Of a stretch of DNA of 64,000 nucleotides, positions 50,848 to 59,763 are shown piece after piece (the first letter of the stretch is position 1; each line of letters begins with the position of its first letter). Made by a program: the position numbers and the translations under genes. The DNA comes from Alphaproteobacteria bacterium (lineage in GTDB: Bacteria; Pseudomonadota; Alphaproteobacteria; UBA828). Location of the stretch: positions 2,016,001-2,080,000 of the forward strand of contig OZ243972.1 of assembly GCA_965214705.1 (NCBI GenBank), in the 5' to 3' direction. The notes beneath the pieces were generated by a model. It was not told the DNA's origin. It searched no databases and worked only from the letters and a program-made list of their open reading frames with translations.

Positions 50848-52943
50848 CCCATCTTTGCCATTTTGGCGCGCGCCTGCGACCTAAGTAGTTGCGATGATGG
50901 GCTGATTTTCTGGCCCATCTGGGATTATGGCACTACGTTTGTGCGCTCATCGCGACACTCCCGGGAGCACCGCCCGGCGCCTGTGGGGATCCACCGTGAG
51001 GCCCGCCGCCTGCGCGATGACGCGCGCCTCGGCGTCGGGTTGAGCATCCTGGCGGATGACGATGCGGTTTCCGTCCACCTCCCGGATGGTGGAGGTGAGA
51101 CGCACCCAGCCCGCGAGCTTGTCGCGGATCGTACTCCAGCGGTCATGCAAGCCGTGCGCCGCCAGACGGGTTCGCAGCAGATGAACCGCGTGGTAGGCGA
51201 GGACGGCGATGAACAGGTGGGCGGCGATGCGCGAGGTCTTGGAGTGCCAGACCGGGCGCAGGCCGATTTCGGATTTCAGGCTGCGGAAGGTGGCCTCGAG
51301 CTCTGTGAGCTTCCAGTAGGTTCGGACCACGGTTTCAAGATCCCACTCGACGTGGCTGGTGCGCAGCACATAGATGCCCGCTTGGCGGTCGCGCTCGGCA
51401 TGGAGAGCGTTGCGCCTCCAGCGGACCGCACTGGCCCGCCCCTTCTCTCCGGGCTCGACCTCGATGTCGTACTGACGGTGGACGCGCCTGTACCTTTCCT
51501 TCAGCCGGCCCAGCTTCTCCATCACCTTGGTGAACTGCTTGATGTGGTTCTTCTTCGACAGCCCGCCATGCAGGGCGCGCAGGGCGTCCTCGAAGTTGTG
51601 ACGCTGACGGGCGAGCACGGCCTCGTCCTTCTGCTGGCGCTCATGGCTCCAGACGCACAGGTGCGCTTCGTCGTCCCCTGCCGCGAGACGCCAGGCGCGG
51701 GCATCGTGGCCGGCCCGGGTTTCGAAGGCGGCATCGGCTTCGCGCCCGGGCGGCGCCGAGACGCCGCGGCGAACGGTGATCCAGTGATAGCCGCCCGCCC
51801 GCAGCCAGGCGAGGTTGGCCTCGGTGGAGATGCCGGCGTCCATGATGACCGTGGGCCTGGGGGCGTTGCTGCCGCGCGCTTGGCATTCCAGCCGCCCGAT
51901 GGCGTCGGCGAGAGTGGCCGGCTCGGAGATGTTGCCGGGCAGGATCTCGCTGTGCTGCGGAAAGCCGGCCTGGTTCAGCGACAGGGCCAGGGTCACGATC
52001 GGACAATCGTCACGCCTCTGCTTCGAGCGCCCGAAGCGGGCCAGCGCGGAGCTGGGCCGTCCGGTCATATGGGTGTTGGTCAGGTCGAAGAAGACGATGG
52101 TGTCGGGGATGCCGAAGAGATCGCGCTCCCGGGCGCACAGCGCCTCTTCAAGCGCCGCGCGGTGACGCCACAAGAGGTCGCCGATGCGGTAGAGCTTGCT
52201 GAGCGTGAGCGACTTGCCGCTGTCGACATCGAGCAACTCCAGGGTCGCGCTGTTCGCGCTCAGCCAGCGGAAGGCCTCGCGCTCGCTGGAGGGATGGATC
52301 ATGCGCGCGACCACCAGTGCCGCCGCGATGCGTGCGTCGCGCTCACTTGCGCCCAGCCTCTCCAGCGTCTCGATGAAGCGAAGGTCGTCAAGCGCGGCGA
52401 GAGCCAGGCGCTCGCAGCCCACCGAGCGGACCTGTTCGTGGGAGAGGCTATCGAGACGGACCGTGGCCAGGTCGCTCTCGTCCCCGGGCCGCGACGCGCC
52501 GAGATCGCGGGCGTGAAGCCGCCGTACGACGTCCTCGGCGACGGGGCGCAAGGCGGCATCCGGCTCCAGCAGCGGCTCGCTGCCGGCGAGAAGGGTTTCG
52601 ATCAGAAGCGCCAATTCGCGCCATTGCTCCTCGGGCACACCGAAGTCGGCGCCGAGATTGAGGAGCGTGACCTGGCGCACCCTTCCGCCGATGCGTTCGC
52701 TGCGCACGAGGCGGTAGGTGGCATAGCGCTCGCCACCGTCTCCGCGACCGGTGAGGGTTTTGCGAATGAACATGGCGGCAGGGTCACGGACAGTTTGCGG
52801 ACTGTCAAGGAGCGCCGGCCCACAGACCAAAGATTATGGCACTACAATGGACTTCCCAAAACACAATCCAACAAAATCAGTGCCTTAGATCCCAAAGGCT
52901 ACCCAAAATCAGGCCTTCGGGACCGAAAAGTGGCAAAGATGGG
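50848..52943 (-). mobile_element. IS1634-family insertion sequence (element B)
   Basis: TIRs cccatctttgcca / tggcaaagatggg; 4-bp direct repeat GCAA (50844-50847, 52944-52947). Confidence 0.9.
50947..52773 (-). CDS. IS1634-family DDE transposase
   Basis: MFIR, FFDLTN, FGRSKQRRDD, IMDAG, LEATFRSLKSEIGLRP; diverged homologue of 5672-7501. Confidence 0.9.
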   Translation of the reverse strand: MFIRKTLTGRGDGGERYATYRLVRSERIGGRVRQVTLLNLGADFGVPEEQWRELALLIETLLAGSEPLLEPDAALRPVAEDVVRRLHARDLGASRPGDESDLATVRLDSLSHEQVRSVGCERLALAALDDLRFIETLERLGASERDARIAAALVVARMIHPSSEREAFRWLSANSATLELLDVDSGKSLTLSKLYRIGDLLWRHRAALEEALCARERDLFGIPDTIVFFDLTNTHMTGRPSSALARFGRSKQRRDDCPIVTLALSLNQAGFPQHSEILPGNISEPATLADAIGRLECQARGSNAPRPTVIMDAGISTEANLAWLRAGGYHWITVRRGVSAPPGREADAAFETRAGHDARAWRLAAGDDEAHLCVWSHERQQKDEAVLARQRHNFEDALRALHGGLSKKNHIKQFTKVMEKLGRLKERYRRVHRQYDIEVEPGEKGRASAVRWRRNALHAERDRQAGIYVLRTSHVEWDLETVVRTYWKLTELEATFRSLKSEIGLRPVWHSKTSRIAAHLFIAVLAYHAVHLLRTRLAAHGLHDRWSTIRDKLAGWVRLTSTIREVDGNRIVIRQDAQPDAEARVIAQAAGLTVDPHRRRAVLPGVSR

Positions 52944-53493
52944 GCAAGCCTGCGGCCGTGCGCTCGATCGGGATTGACCGCGACGAGCGGGCGCTTGAGT
53001 CCTTCGACTGTGGCTACCCGGTGGAGTTGGTGCACGGCTGCGCCCACTCCTTTCTGGCCTCGTTCCCGTTCCTGGGCCCGGAGCTGGTCTACAGCGATCC
53101 GCCCTATCTGCACGCGACCCGGCGTTCGTCGCAGCGCTACCGCTTCGAGTACGAGGAGGCCGACCACGTCGCGCTCCTCGAACTGCTCAAGGGTCTGCCC
53201 TGCCAGGTGATGGTCTCGGGCCACCCGTCTGCGCTCTATGACGAGTTGCTGGCGGGCTGGCGCCGGCTGGCGCTGCAGGTGACGACCCAGGCCCAGGTGC
53301 GGACCGAGGTGGTGTGGTTCAACTTCGCGCCCGACCGGGTGCACTGGGCGAGCTGCGCGGGCCGCAACTTCACCGACCGCCAGCGCATCAAGCGCAAGGC
53401 GGCCAACTGGGGCCGGCGCTACGAGGCCATGCCGGCGGGCGAACGCCTGGCGGTGCTGGCCGCGATCATGGCCGTCGAGGCTGACGAGGGTTT

Positions 53494-55056
53494 GTGACAG
53501 TGTCGCGCTGGCACGCGGACCTCGCCGCTCACGACGAGGCTTTCGCGTGCCTGCAGGACCTTTTCACCCCACAATCCTTCGCGATGACCGCCGTCAAAGC
53601 CATCCGGGAATGGGGCCAGGGGCTGCTTCGCCTGAGCGCGGCGCTGGTCAAGGAGAACGACGCGCTGGAGCGGGAGAACGCCCGCTTGCGCGAGCGGATC
53701 GCCGAACTTGAGCGCAGCGCCGCGCTCGACAGCACCACCAGCTCCAAGCCGCCGGCCAGCGACGGCCTGAAGAAGAAGAGCGGAGACCAGGAGAAGAAGA
53801 GCGGAGACCAGGAGAAGCGCACCCGGAGCCGGCGCGGCAAATCCGACAGGCCCAGCGGCGGTCAGCCGGGCCACAAGGGAACCACCCTGGAGCGGACCGA
53901 GAACCCGGACCACGTCGTGGATCATGATCCGTCCGCCTGTGAGGGCTGCGGCGCGCCGCTGTCGGACGCCGACCGTCACGGAGCCCCCGTCTGCCGGCAG
54001 GTCTTCGATGTGCCCGAGCCGCAGCCCCTCGAGGCCACCGAGCATCGCGGCCATCGCTGCCTCTGCGCCGCCTGCGGTACCATGACAACAGCCGCCTTCC
54101 CGAACGGCGTGAGCGCCCCGGTCCAGTACGGGCCGCGCATCACCGCGTGGGTGACCTACCTGCTGCACGCTCAGTTCATTCCGGAGAAGCGCGTCGCCGA
54201 GGTCATGAGCGATCTCTTCGCGGTCAAGATCTCAACGGCCACCATCGCCGCCATGGGCCGGCGCACCGCCCGGCGCTTCGAGGGCTTCCTCGATCGTGTC
54301 GCAGAGATCATCCGCACCGAAGCCCCGGTCAAACACCTCGACGAGACCGGCATCCGCATCGCCGCCCGGACCCATTGGCTCCACGTGCTGTGCACCCCGT
54401 TGCTGACCATCCTGCGCGTCGCCAGCGGGCGCGGCCATTTCGACGAGAAGCTCAACGGCATCGTCATCCATGACGACTATGCCACCTACTTCGCTCTCGA
54501 GGGCGTGCGCCACGGGGCCTGCAACGCCCATCACCTGCGTGAGCTCCAGGCCCTGATCGAGATCGAGAAGGAAGACTGGGCAACGAGCACGCACCAGCTG
54601 CTCTCCCGTGCCAACAGAGCCGCCCGCTTCGCCCGCAAGAATGATCGCGACGTGCCCGCATCACTGGTCGCCCGCATCTCGCGAGCCTGGGACCGCATCC
54701 TCGAACGTGCCATCGCCGCTCACGAAGAGATGCCGCCGCTCCAGACCGGAAAGCGCGGACGACAAAAGCGCCGCATCGGTCACAACCTCGCGCTCCGGCT
54801 CCAGAAGTACAAGGAGGGGTGCCTGCGCTTCCTCACCGACCCGCGAACCCCGTTCTCGAACAATGAGGCGGAGCGCGATCTGCGAATGGGCAAGCTGCGT
54901 CAGAAAATCTCAGGCGGCTTCCGCTCGATGCAAGGTGCCTGCGACTTCGCCAACCTGCGGTCCGTCATCGCCACCGCTCGAAAACAGCGCTGGAATGTCC
55001 TCGAAACCCTGGCGCACCCCGATCCCATGCAGCTAATCCCGGTACTGCGCTTCTGA
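53494..55056 (+). CDS. IS66-family transposase (single-ORF, ISBst12-like)
   Basis: SSKPPASD, GGQPGHKG, Zn finger, HLDETG, CNAHHLREL, FSNNEAERDLR; start uncertain. Confidence 0.9.
   Translation: MTVSRWHADLAAHDEAFACLQDLFTPQSFAMTAVKAIREWGQGLLRLSAALVKENDALERENARLRERIAELERSAALDSTTSSKPPASDGLKKKSGDQEKKSGDQEKRTRSRRGKSDRPSGGQPGHKGTTLERTENPDHVVDHDPSACEGCGAPLSDADRHGAPVCRQVFDVPEPQPLEATEHRGHRCLCAACGTMTTAAFPNGVSAPVQYGPRITAWVTYLLHAQFIPEKRVAEVMSDLFAVKISTATIAAMGRRTARRFEGFLDRVAEIIRTEAPVKHLDETGIRIAARTHWLHVLCTPLLTILRVASGRGHFDEKLNGIVIHDDYATYFALEGVRHGACNAHHLRELQALIEIEKEDWATSTHQLLSRANRAARFARKNDRDVPASLVARISRAWDRILERAIAAHEEMPPLQTGKRGRQKRRIGHNLALRLQKYKEGCLRFLTDPRTPFSNNEAERDLRMGKLRQKISGGFRSMQGACDFANLRSVIATARKQRWNVLETLAHPDPMQLIPVLRF
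53773..53814 (+). repeat. perfect 21-bp tandem duplication (KKSGDQE x2)
   Basis: aagaagagcggagaccaggag repeated twice in frame. Confidence 0.9.
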
Positions 55057-55261
55057 AATCCCCCGCCGCTCCGCTCCACGTCAGCGGCACCAGGCCAGAG
55101 GCATCAGTCCATCACGCGTGAGTGCTCGGCGGAATCAGACCTGGGCAGTTACAACCCGAGGTGAATTTGCGTCTCTCGACGCGACTGCATTCGACCGTCC
55201 CGCACCAAACGCAAATGCCTCCCGCACACTCAGACAAATGTGATTGCCCAACAACCAACCA

Positions 55262-57037
55262 TCATTCTGTTTCCTGACCGGTGGAACGATACTGATCAAG
55301 TTTGGCAACTAAGTTGGCAATGTCTTCCGGAATCTCTTCCTTCCGGTATGCTGACGCTATTCGCATATCACTTATAGTAACCTTATATTTCCTCTGAAGT
55401 GCGTTTCTTAACGACTTGAGAACCTTCTTGCCTGATACAATCCCTAGTCTTGAATCTAACTTGGCCCACTTCCCATCAAAAATTTCCAGTGCCTCCGATG
55501 TCAACCCTGCTCTATCCTTGCCACTATCACTGAAAAAATCGCAGTACCTACTAACGTACTGCCCTCTACAATGTGCCTTAAGCTTCCGCGTAATTTGAGC
55601 GAGCAACGGGCGCACATCGACTTCGACTGCGGGCTCTTCACCCGTACGGCGAGCTCGCTCCCTAACTGCATGCAACACCACTCGATTAAGCACTTCAGGC
55701 AACAAAAGATAGTTTTCGATTTCCTTTTGCTCATGAAAGTGAGCAAACTCAATCTTTCTCTCCAATTCTTGCGTCAATGATCTGGATTCCTCCTCGCAAC
55801 GATAGTCTCGGTCATAAATCGCTGCTATCCGCAGCTTGGGTCCAAGCGCCTTCTCAAGTCCCCATGCCAACGCCTCCACCTTGGGCCAAGATTCGAAACC
55901 ACCCGACTCTAACGCGGTCAGTCCACTGCCCGACGCTAAGTCGCCGTAATCTAGAATCCTGGCAAATCTTCTGACAATTTTGAAGTCGTCAATACCCTCT
56001 ACAAACAAGATACGGCCGTTGCGTGCCAACTCCGTCAAAGTTATATTCTGAATCGATCCAATATTGTCGATAGCATGCTGGACACCTTCAATATCATGGA
56101 GACGCCGGGCAGAACGACGTGACTTGTTTACCAACAGAATTTCACTAGGATCTGCCTCACTCATTATTTCCACTGAATGTGTGGCCAATAATATGTCAGG
56201 ATGCTGGTCTCGGAGAATTCCAAGAAGCTGCCGTTGAACTTCCGGGTGTAGGTAGACTTCAGGTTCATCGACAACGAGCAGATCGGAAGTACTACACCGC
56301 GAAATATGAGTAAGCAACTGACACCAGACCTGAAAGCCGGATCCTGCCCAGAATAGCGCTCGGTCAATTCGATTTTCCGAGACGAACATAGTAAGGCGGG
56401 GTTCCATCCCGGTGATTATTTTGGGGCGCGCTATCGACATGCCCGGCCATGTTTCTTCTACTAAAGAGCTGAATTCCTCAAATCCATCAGGATTCTTTAT
56501 CCAGTAGTTGCGAAAGTGTCGACTTGCTCGCGGCGTGCCAGCCGCCCTCCTTACCGTTTCATCAGTAACAGGAACTTCATCTTGCTCGATCGGACCAAGA
56601 ACAGGTATCACCTGTATCTTGACGGGGAAGGAACGCTTGAAAGCCGATGACGTCGCAATGGGCCTGCCAGCTGTGTCCCAGTACATGGTTACACTCCCGG
56701 CGGTAGGAAAATAGAGAAAAAGGAGATTGCCGTTGGAGTAACGAAATTCAAGCCGAGTATCATCGTCATCATAGTTGTAGTGTACATTGTCCAGAGAAAA
56801 TGGCAGGTTTGTTGCCGAAACGAAATACCCGGCAGAGTTATTCTCTGAATGGGTTAATACGCGTGCCGGACGACGGTTCCCAGTGATTCTCAGGGCGTGT
56901 TCAAGAATGCGAAATGCGTTCAATATAGTAGACTTGCCACTGTTGTTGGGGCCAACGAGGATATTGGTGCTGCGCAAAGAGATAGAGTACTCTTGGAATG
57001 CTTGAAAATTCCGGAGTCTGAGAAACGTTATTGGCAT
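55262..57037 (-). CDS. OLD-like ATP-dependent nuclease (ABC ATPase + TOPRIM)
   Basis: GPNNSGKS, GSGFQ, VVDEPEVYLHP, ATHS; FVEGIDD, YDRD, EIENYL; lower GC than the flanks. Confidence 0.8.
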   Translation of the reverse strand: MPITFLRLRNFQAFQEYSISLRSTNILVGPNNSGKSTILNAFRILEHALRITGNRRPARVLTHSENNSAGYFVSATNLPFSLDNVHYNYDDDDTRLEFRYSNGNLLFLYFPTAGSVTMYWDTAGRPIATSSAFKRSFPVKIQVIPVLGPIEQDEVPVTDETVRRAAGTPRASRHFRNYWIKNPDGFEEFSSLVEETWPGMSIARPKIITGMEPRLTMFVSENRIDRALFWAGSGFQVWCQLLTHISRCSTSDLLVVDEPEVYLHPEVQRQLLGILRDQHPDILLATHSVEIMSEADPSEILLVNKSRRSARRLHDIEGVQHAIDNIGSIQNITLTELARNGRILFVEGIDDFKIVRRFARILDYGDLASGSGLTALESGGFESWPKVEALAWGLEKALGPKLRIAAIYDRDYRCEEESRSLTQELERKIEFAHFHEQKEIENYLLLPEVLNRVVLHAVRERARRTGEEPAVEVDVRPLLAQITRKLKAHCRGQYVSRYCDFFSDSGKDRAGLTSEALEIFDGKWAKLDSRLGIVSGKKVLKSLRNALQRKYKVTISDMRIASAYRKEEIPEDIANLVAKLDQYRSTGQETE

Positions 57038-57333
57038 GTGTTGGCATCCAAATCGATTGGAAGAGCGTTGCTTGCGCTGGTTGGGTTATTAGGCCCGAAA
57101 GCGAAAGGAGAAATGATGACATGTATGAGCGCTGAAGCGCAATAGTGATCCATTTGGTGAGATGGGTGTATACGGATACGATAATCGTCGGACAGTGGCG
57201 AACCGGCTGTCAACTTGGGGCTGATAACATTCACTGCGACTATTGCTCCCGTTGCCGAAACAAGCCGAGCGTGCTGTAAATTGAAATTGGGAGAAAGCGT
57301 CAGAGGGCCCCGTGGTGATTTGTCGGCATCAGG

Positions 57334-57528
57334 TTAGCGAAGGGTGCGCTTGGGGTGACTGCCGCGTTCGACGATGCGAGCCGCGGCTTTCCGCGCCTGA
57401 TCGCGGTCGTGGGGCATGGGGACGAGGCGTGCAATAGGCTTACGGTGGCGTGTGATGGTCAGGCTTTCGCCCCGGTCGGGCAGTCGGGGCAGGTGCCTTT
57501 CGGCCTCGGAAGCGCCGATCCGTTCCAT
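57334..57528 (-). pseudogene. degenerate Phd/YefM-family antitoxin
   Basis: MERIGASEAERHLPRL..GESLTITRHRKPIARLVP; appears internally shortened, no toxin downstream. Confidence 0.65.
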
Positions 57529-57603
57529 CGTGAGCCTCGGTTCAGTGTCGGGCGAGATATAGGTGCGCTCTGAGCAGGCGGCAAGCGGCGCAACCACTAT
57601 GAC

Positions 57604-57796
57604 GTCATGGCTGCACTTGTTGCGGCCACCCACGCGAGTACCGCGGAGAAAGATGCCCGGAATAAATCCGGGCATGACGAAGTGGGGGAGTGGGGGTGCG
57701 GCGGCGCGGCTTCTGTGCCGCGGTTGCGGCACTAGAAGCGTGCGCGACGTGGATGCCCGGAACACCCCCGGACTTGATCCGGGGGCCGGGCATGAC
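57604..57796. repeat. REP-like palindromes (GTCATG..CATGAC type)
   Basis: 57604-57678 pair and 57749-57796 half unit share gatgcccgg..ccgggcatgac with 44507-44590. Confidence 0.7.
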
Positions 57797-58010
57797 GAGG
57801 TGGGGGAGTGACCGGGGCCGAGCGTAGAGGGCCCCGGACCATGGTGCAGTGTCTTGTATCATATGATAGGGGTACGCTGACGTACGATTAATCACTCTAA
57901 ATCAGTGAATTGTCGTATTCTCAGCGCGATGAGCTTAGTCTAGAATACGCGCCTGTACGCTTCCTTCAGGTACCTATTTGGTTCCCCAAACTGCCTCTTG
58001 GAAAAAGGTT

Positions 58011-58054
58011 AAGGGTTGGGCAGGCTCTCTCTCGAGAGCCTGCCCAACCCTTTT
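58011..58054 (+). terminator. intrinsic terminator-like hairpin
   Basis: Perfect 19-bp stem aagggttgggcaggctctc / gagagcctgcccaaccctt, 4-nt loop, T run. Confidence 0.7.
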
Positions 58055-58314
58055 GAACGAAGCCGCGGGCCACGAGAGGCGAAGTTGAGCTATGTGGAAA
58101 GTGCGCTGATGTCAGCGTCAGGCGGCATCCACCGGCAGCAGAGTTGCGCATAAAATCGACGCTCGCGCCGGTCTTTCGGCAGGCATGCGGGCGCACGCTG
58201 CGAGGACTGAGCGGGGTGTGAGCCGAGGGCTGTCAGCCCGGCTCAAGCGGAGACAGGTTCGGTCGTGCGTCGGCGCTTTGGCGCCGTTGCGCGGGGCCGA
58301 AGCGAGCGGGCGTC

Positions 58315-59757
58315 TCACGGTTTCCCCCTGTGGGTCGGCGGCAGCGCCGGCGGGCCGCGCGTCGAGCGGGGCTCATGGCGGCGGCGGATTTCGCGGACGA
58401 GGCGCATGACGCCGCCGCAGTGGGGGCAGGCCACGGGCGCGGTGCCGATCTCGGGCTCTTCGTCGGGCTCGGCCCGAGCGCCGTCCACGCTTCCCTCGGG
58501 GGCGGCGCAGCCGAGGGCGCCGAGAGCCTGGCGTGCTCTCTCCAGCGTGCTGGCGCGGCAGCCGTTGGCGAGGATGCCGAAGTAGCGAATGCGGTGCATG
58601 CCGTCCGGCAGGACGTGCCTCAGGAAGCGGCGGATGAACTCGTCGGCGCTCACGGTGGCGATGCCGTAGCGCGGCTTTCTCTGCCCCGGCGCCTTGGGCT
58701 TTCGGTGGCGGAAGGAGACCGTCTCGCCGTCGAAGGAGACGATGCGGCTGTCGGAGATGGCGATCCTGTGCGTGTAGTGCGAGAGGTACCGGAAGACCTG
58801 CTCAGGCCCGCGGAAGGGCCGCTTGGCGTAGACCACCCAGTCCCTGGCCCGGGCGGCGGCAAGCGTGGCGTGGAACTCGCCGGGATTGGCGAGGTGGGCG
58901 AGGGTGCCGTGGAACTCTCGCCGTCGAAGGAGACGATGCGGCTGTCGGAGATGGCGATCCTGTGCGTGTAGTGCGAGAGGTACCGGAAGACCTGCTCAGG
59001 CCCGCGGAAGGGCCGCTTGGCGTAGACCACCCAGTCCCTGGCCCGGGCGGCGGCAAGCGTGGCGTGGAACTCGCCGGGATTGGCGAGGTGGGCGAGGGTG
59101 CCGTGGAACTCCAGGTCCCCCCGGCCGTGGGCGCGGGCGAGCTCCTCGAGGAAGAGGCGGCGGAACAGGCTGCCGAGGACCTTGACGGGGGCGAGGAAGG
59201 TGGTGCTCCCCGTCTTCCACTCGCCACTGTCTACGTCGAAGCCCGCGTTGGGCACGACCACGTGCAGGTGCGGGTGGAAGCGGAGCTTCTGATCCCAGGT
59301 ATGGAGGACCGCGGTGCCGCCGATGCGCATGCCGCCGTGGCGGGGATCGGCGGCGATGGTGCGCAGGGTCTCGGCGACGGCCCGGAAGAGGATGTCGAAC
59401 ACCACCCTGCGGTGCGCGCATGCAGAAGGCAATGGCGGCAACCTCCTTGGGCAGGGTGAAGACCACATGGAAGTAGGGCACCGGCAGGATGTCCCCGGCG
59501 CGCTCCTCGCTCCAGAGGTTGGCGGCGAGACCCTGGCAGGTGGGGCAGTGGCGGTTGCGGCAGGAGTTGAAGAGCGGATGCTCGCGCCCGCAGCCCTCGC
59601 AGGCGTACATGTGGCCGCCGAGCACGGCGGTGCGGCACGCCTCGATGGCGCCCATGACCTTGAGCCGGGCGGCGTCGATGCGCCCTTTGTGGCGCTCACG
59701 GAAAGCGGCGCCGGCGCGGCGGAAGATCTCCGCCACGCCCGCGCGTTCGGCCTCCAC
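58315..59757 (-). pseudogene. IS91-family (Y2) transposase, frameshifted
   Basis: CRTAVLGG, NSCRNRHCPTCQ, YFHVVFTLP, LHTW, HPHLH, YLSHYTHRIAIS, RIRYFG spread over three frames; frameshift near 59420 and a 194-bp duplication. Confidence 0.88.
58722..59111. repeat. 194-bp tandem duplication inside the IS91-like transposase
   Basis: 58722-58915 repeated at 58916-59109 with TC microhomology at the junction. Confidence 0.9.
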
Positions 59758-59763
59758 GCGCCG

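Larger units (their letters stand above)
50729..53497 (+). pseudogene. Dam-like DNA adenine methyltransferase interrupted by IS1634 (pieces 50729-50847 and 52948-53497)
   Basis: Removing 50848-52947 restores one frame: MGYFGSK..PPHSVYIESHLGGGALMKRK|PAAVRSIGID..VYSDPPY..VMVSG..TEVVW; gagaggag RBS. Confidence 0.85.
50576..55152 (+). mobile_element. IS66-family element carrying a methyltransferase passenger gene
   Basis: TIRs gtaactacccaggt / acctgggcagttac (GTAA..TTAC ends); 8-bp direct repeat AACCCGAG at 50568-50575 and 55153-55160. Confidence 0.9.

Noticed and set aside
52958-53497. IS66 TnpA/TnpB accessory protein or an independent gene
   Set aside because: It contains DPPY and joins in frame to 50729-50847, so it is the 3' part of the methyltransferase
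57950-58054. tRNA attachment site next to the integrases
   Set aside because: No cloverleaf, T-loop or CCA pattern found
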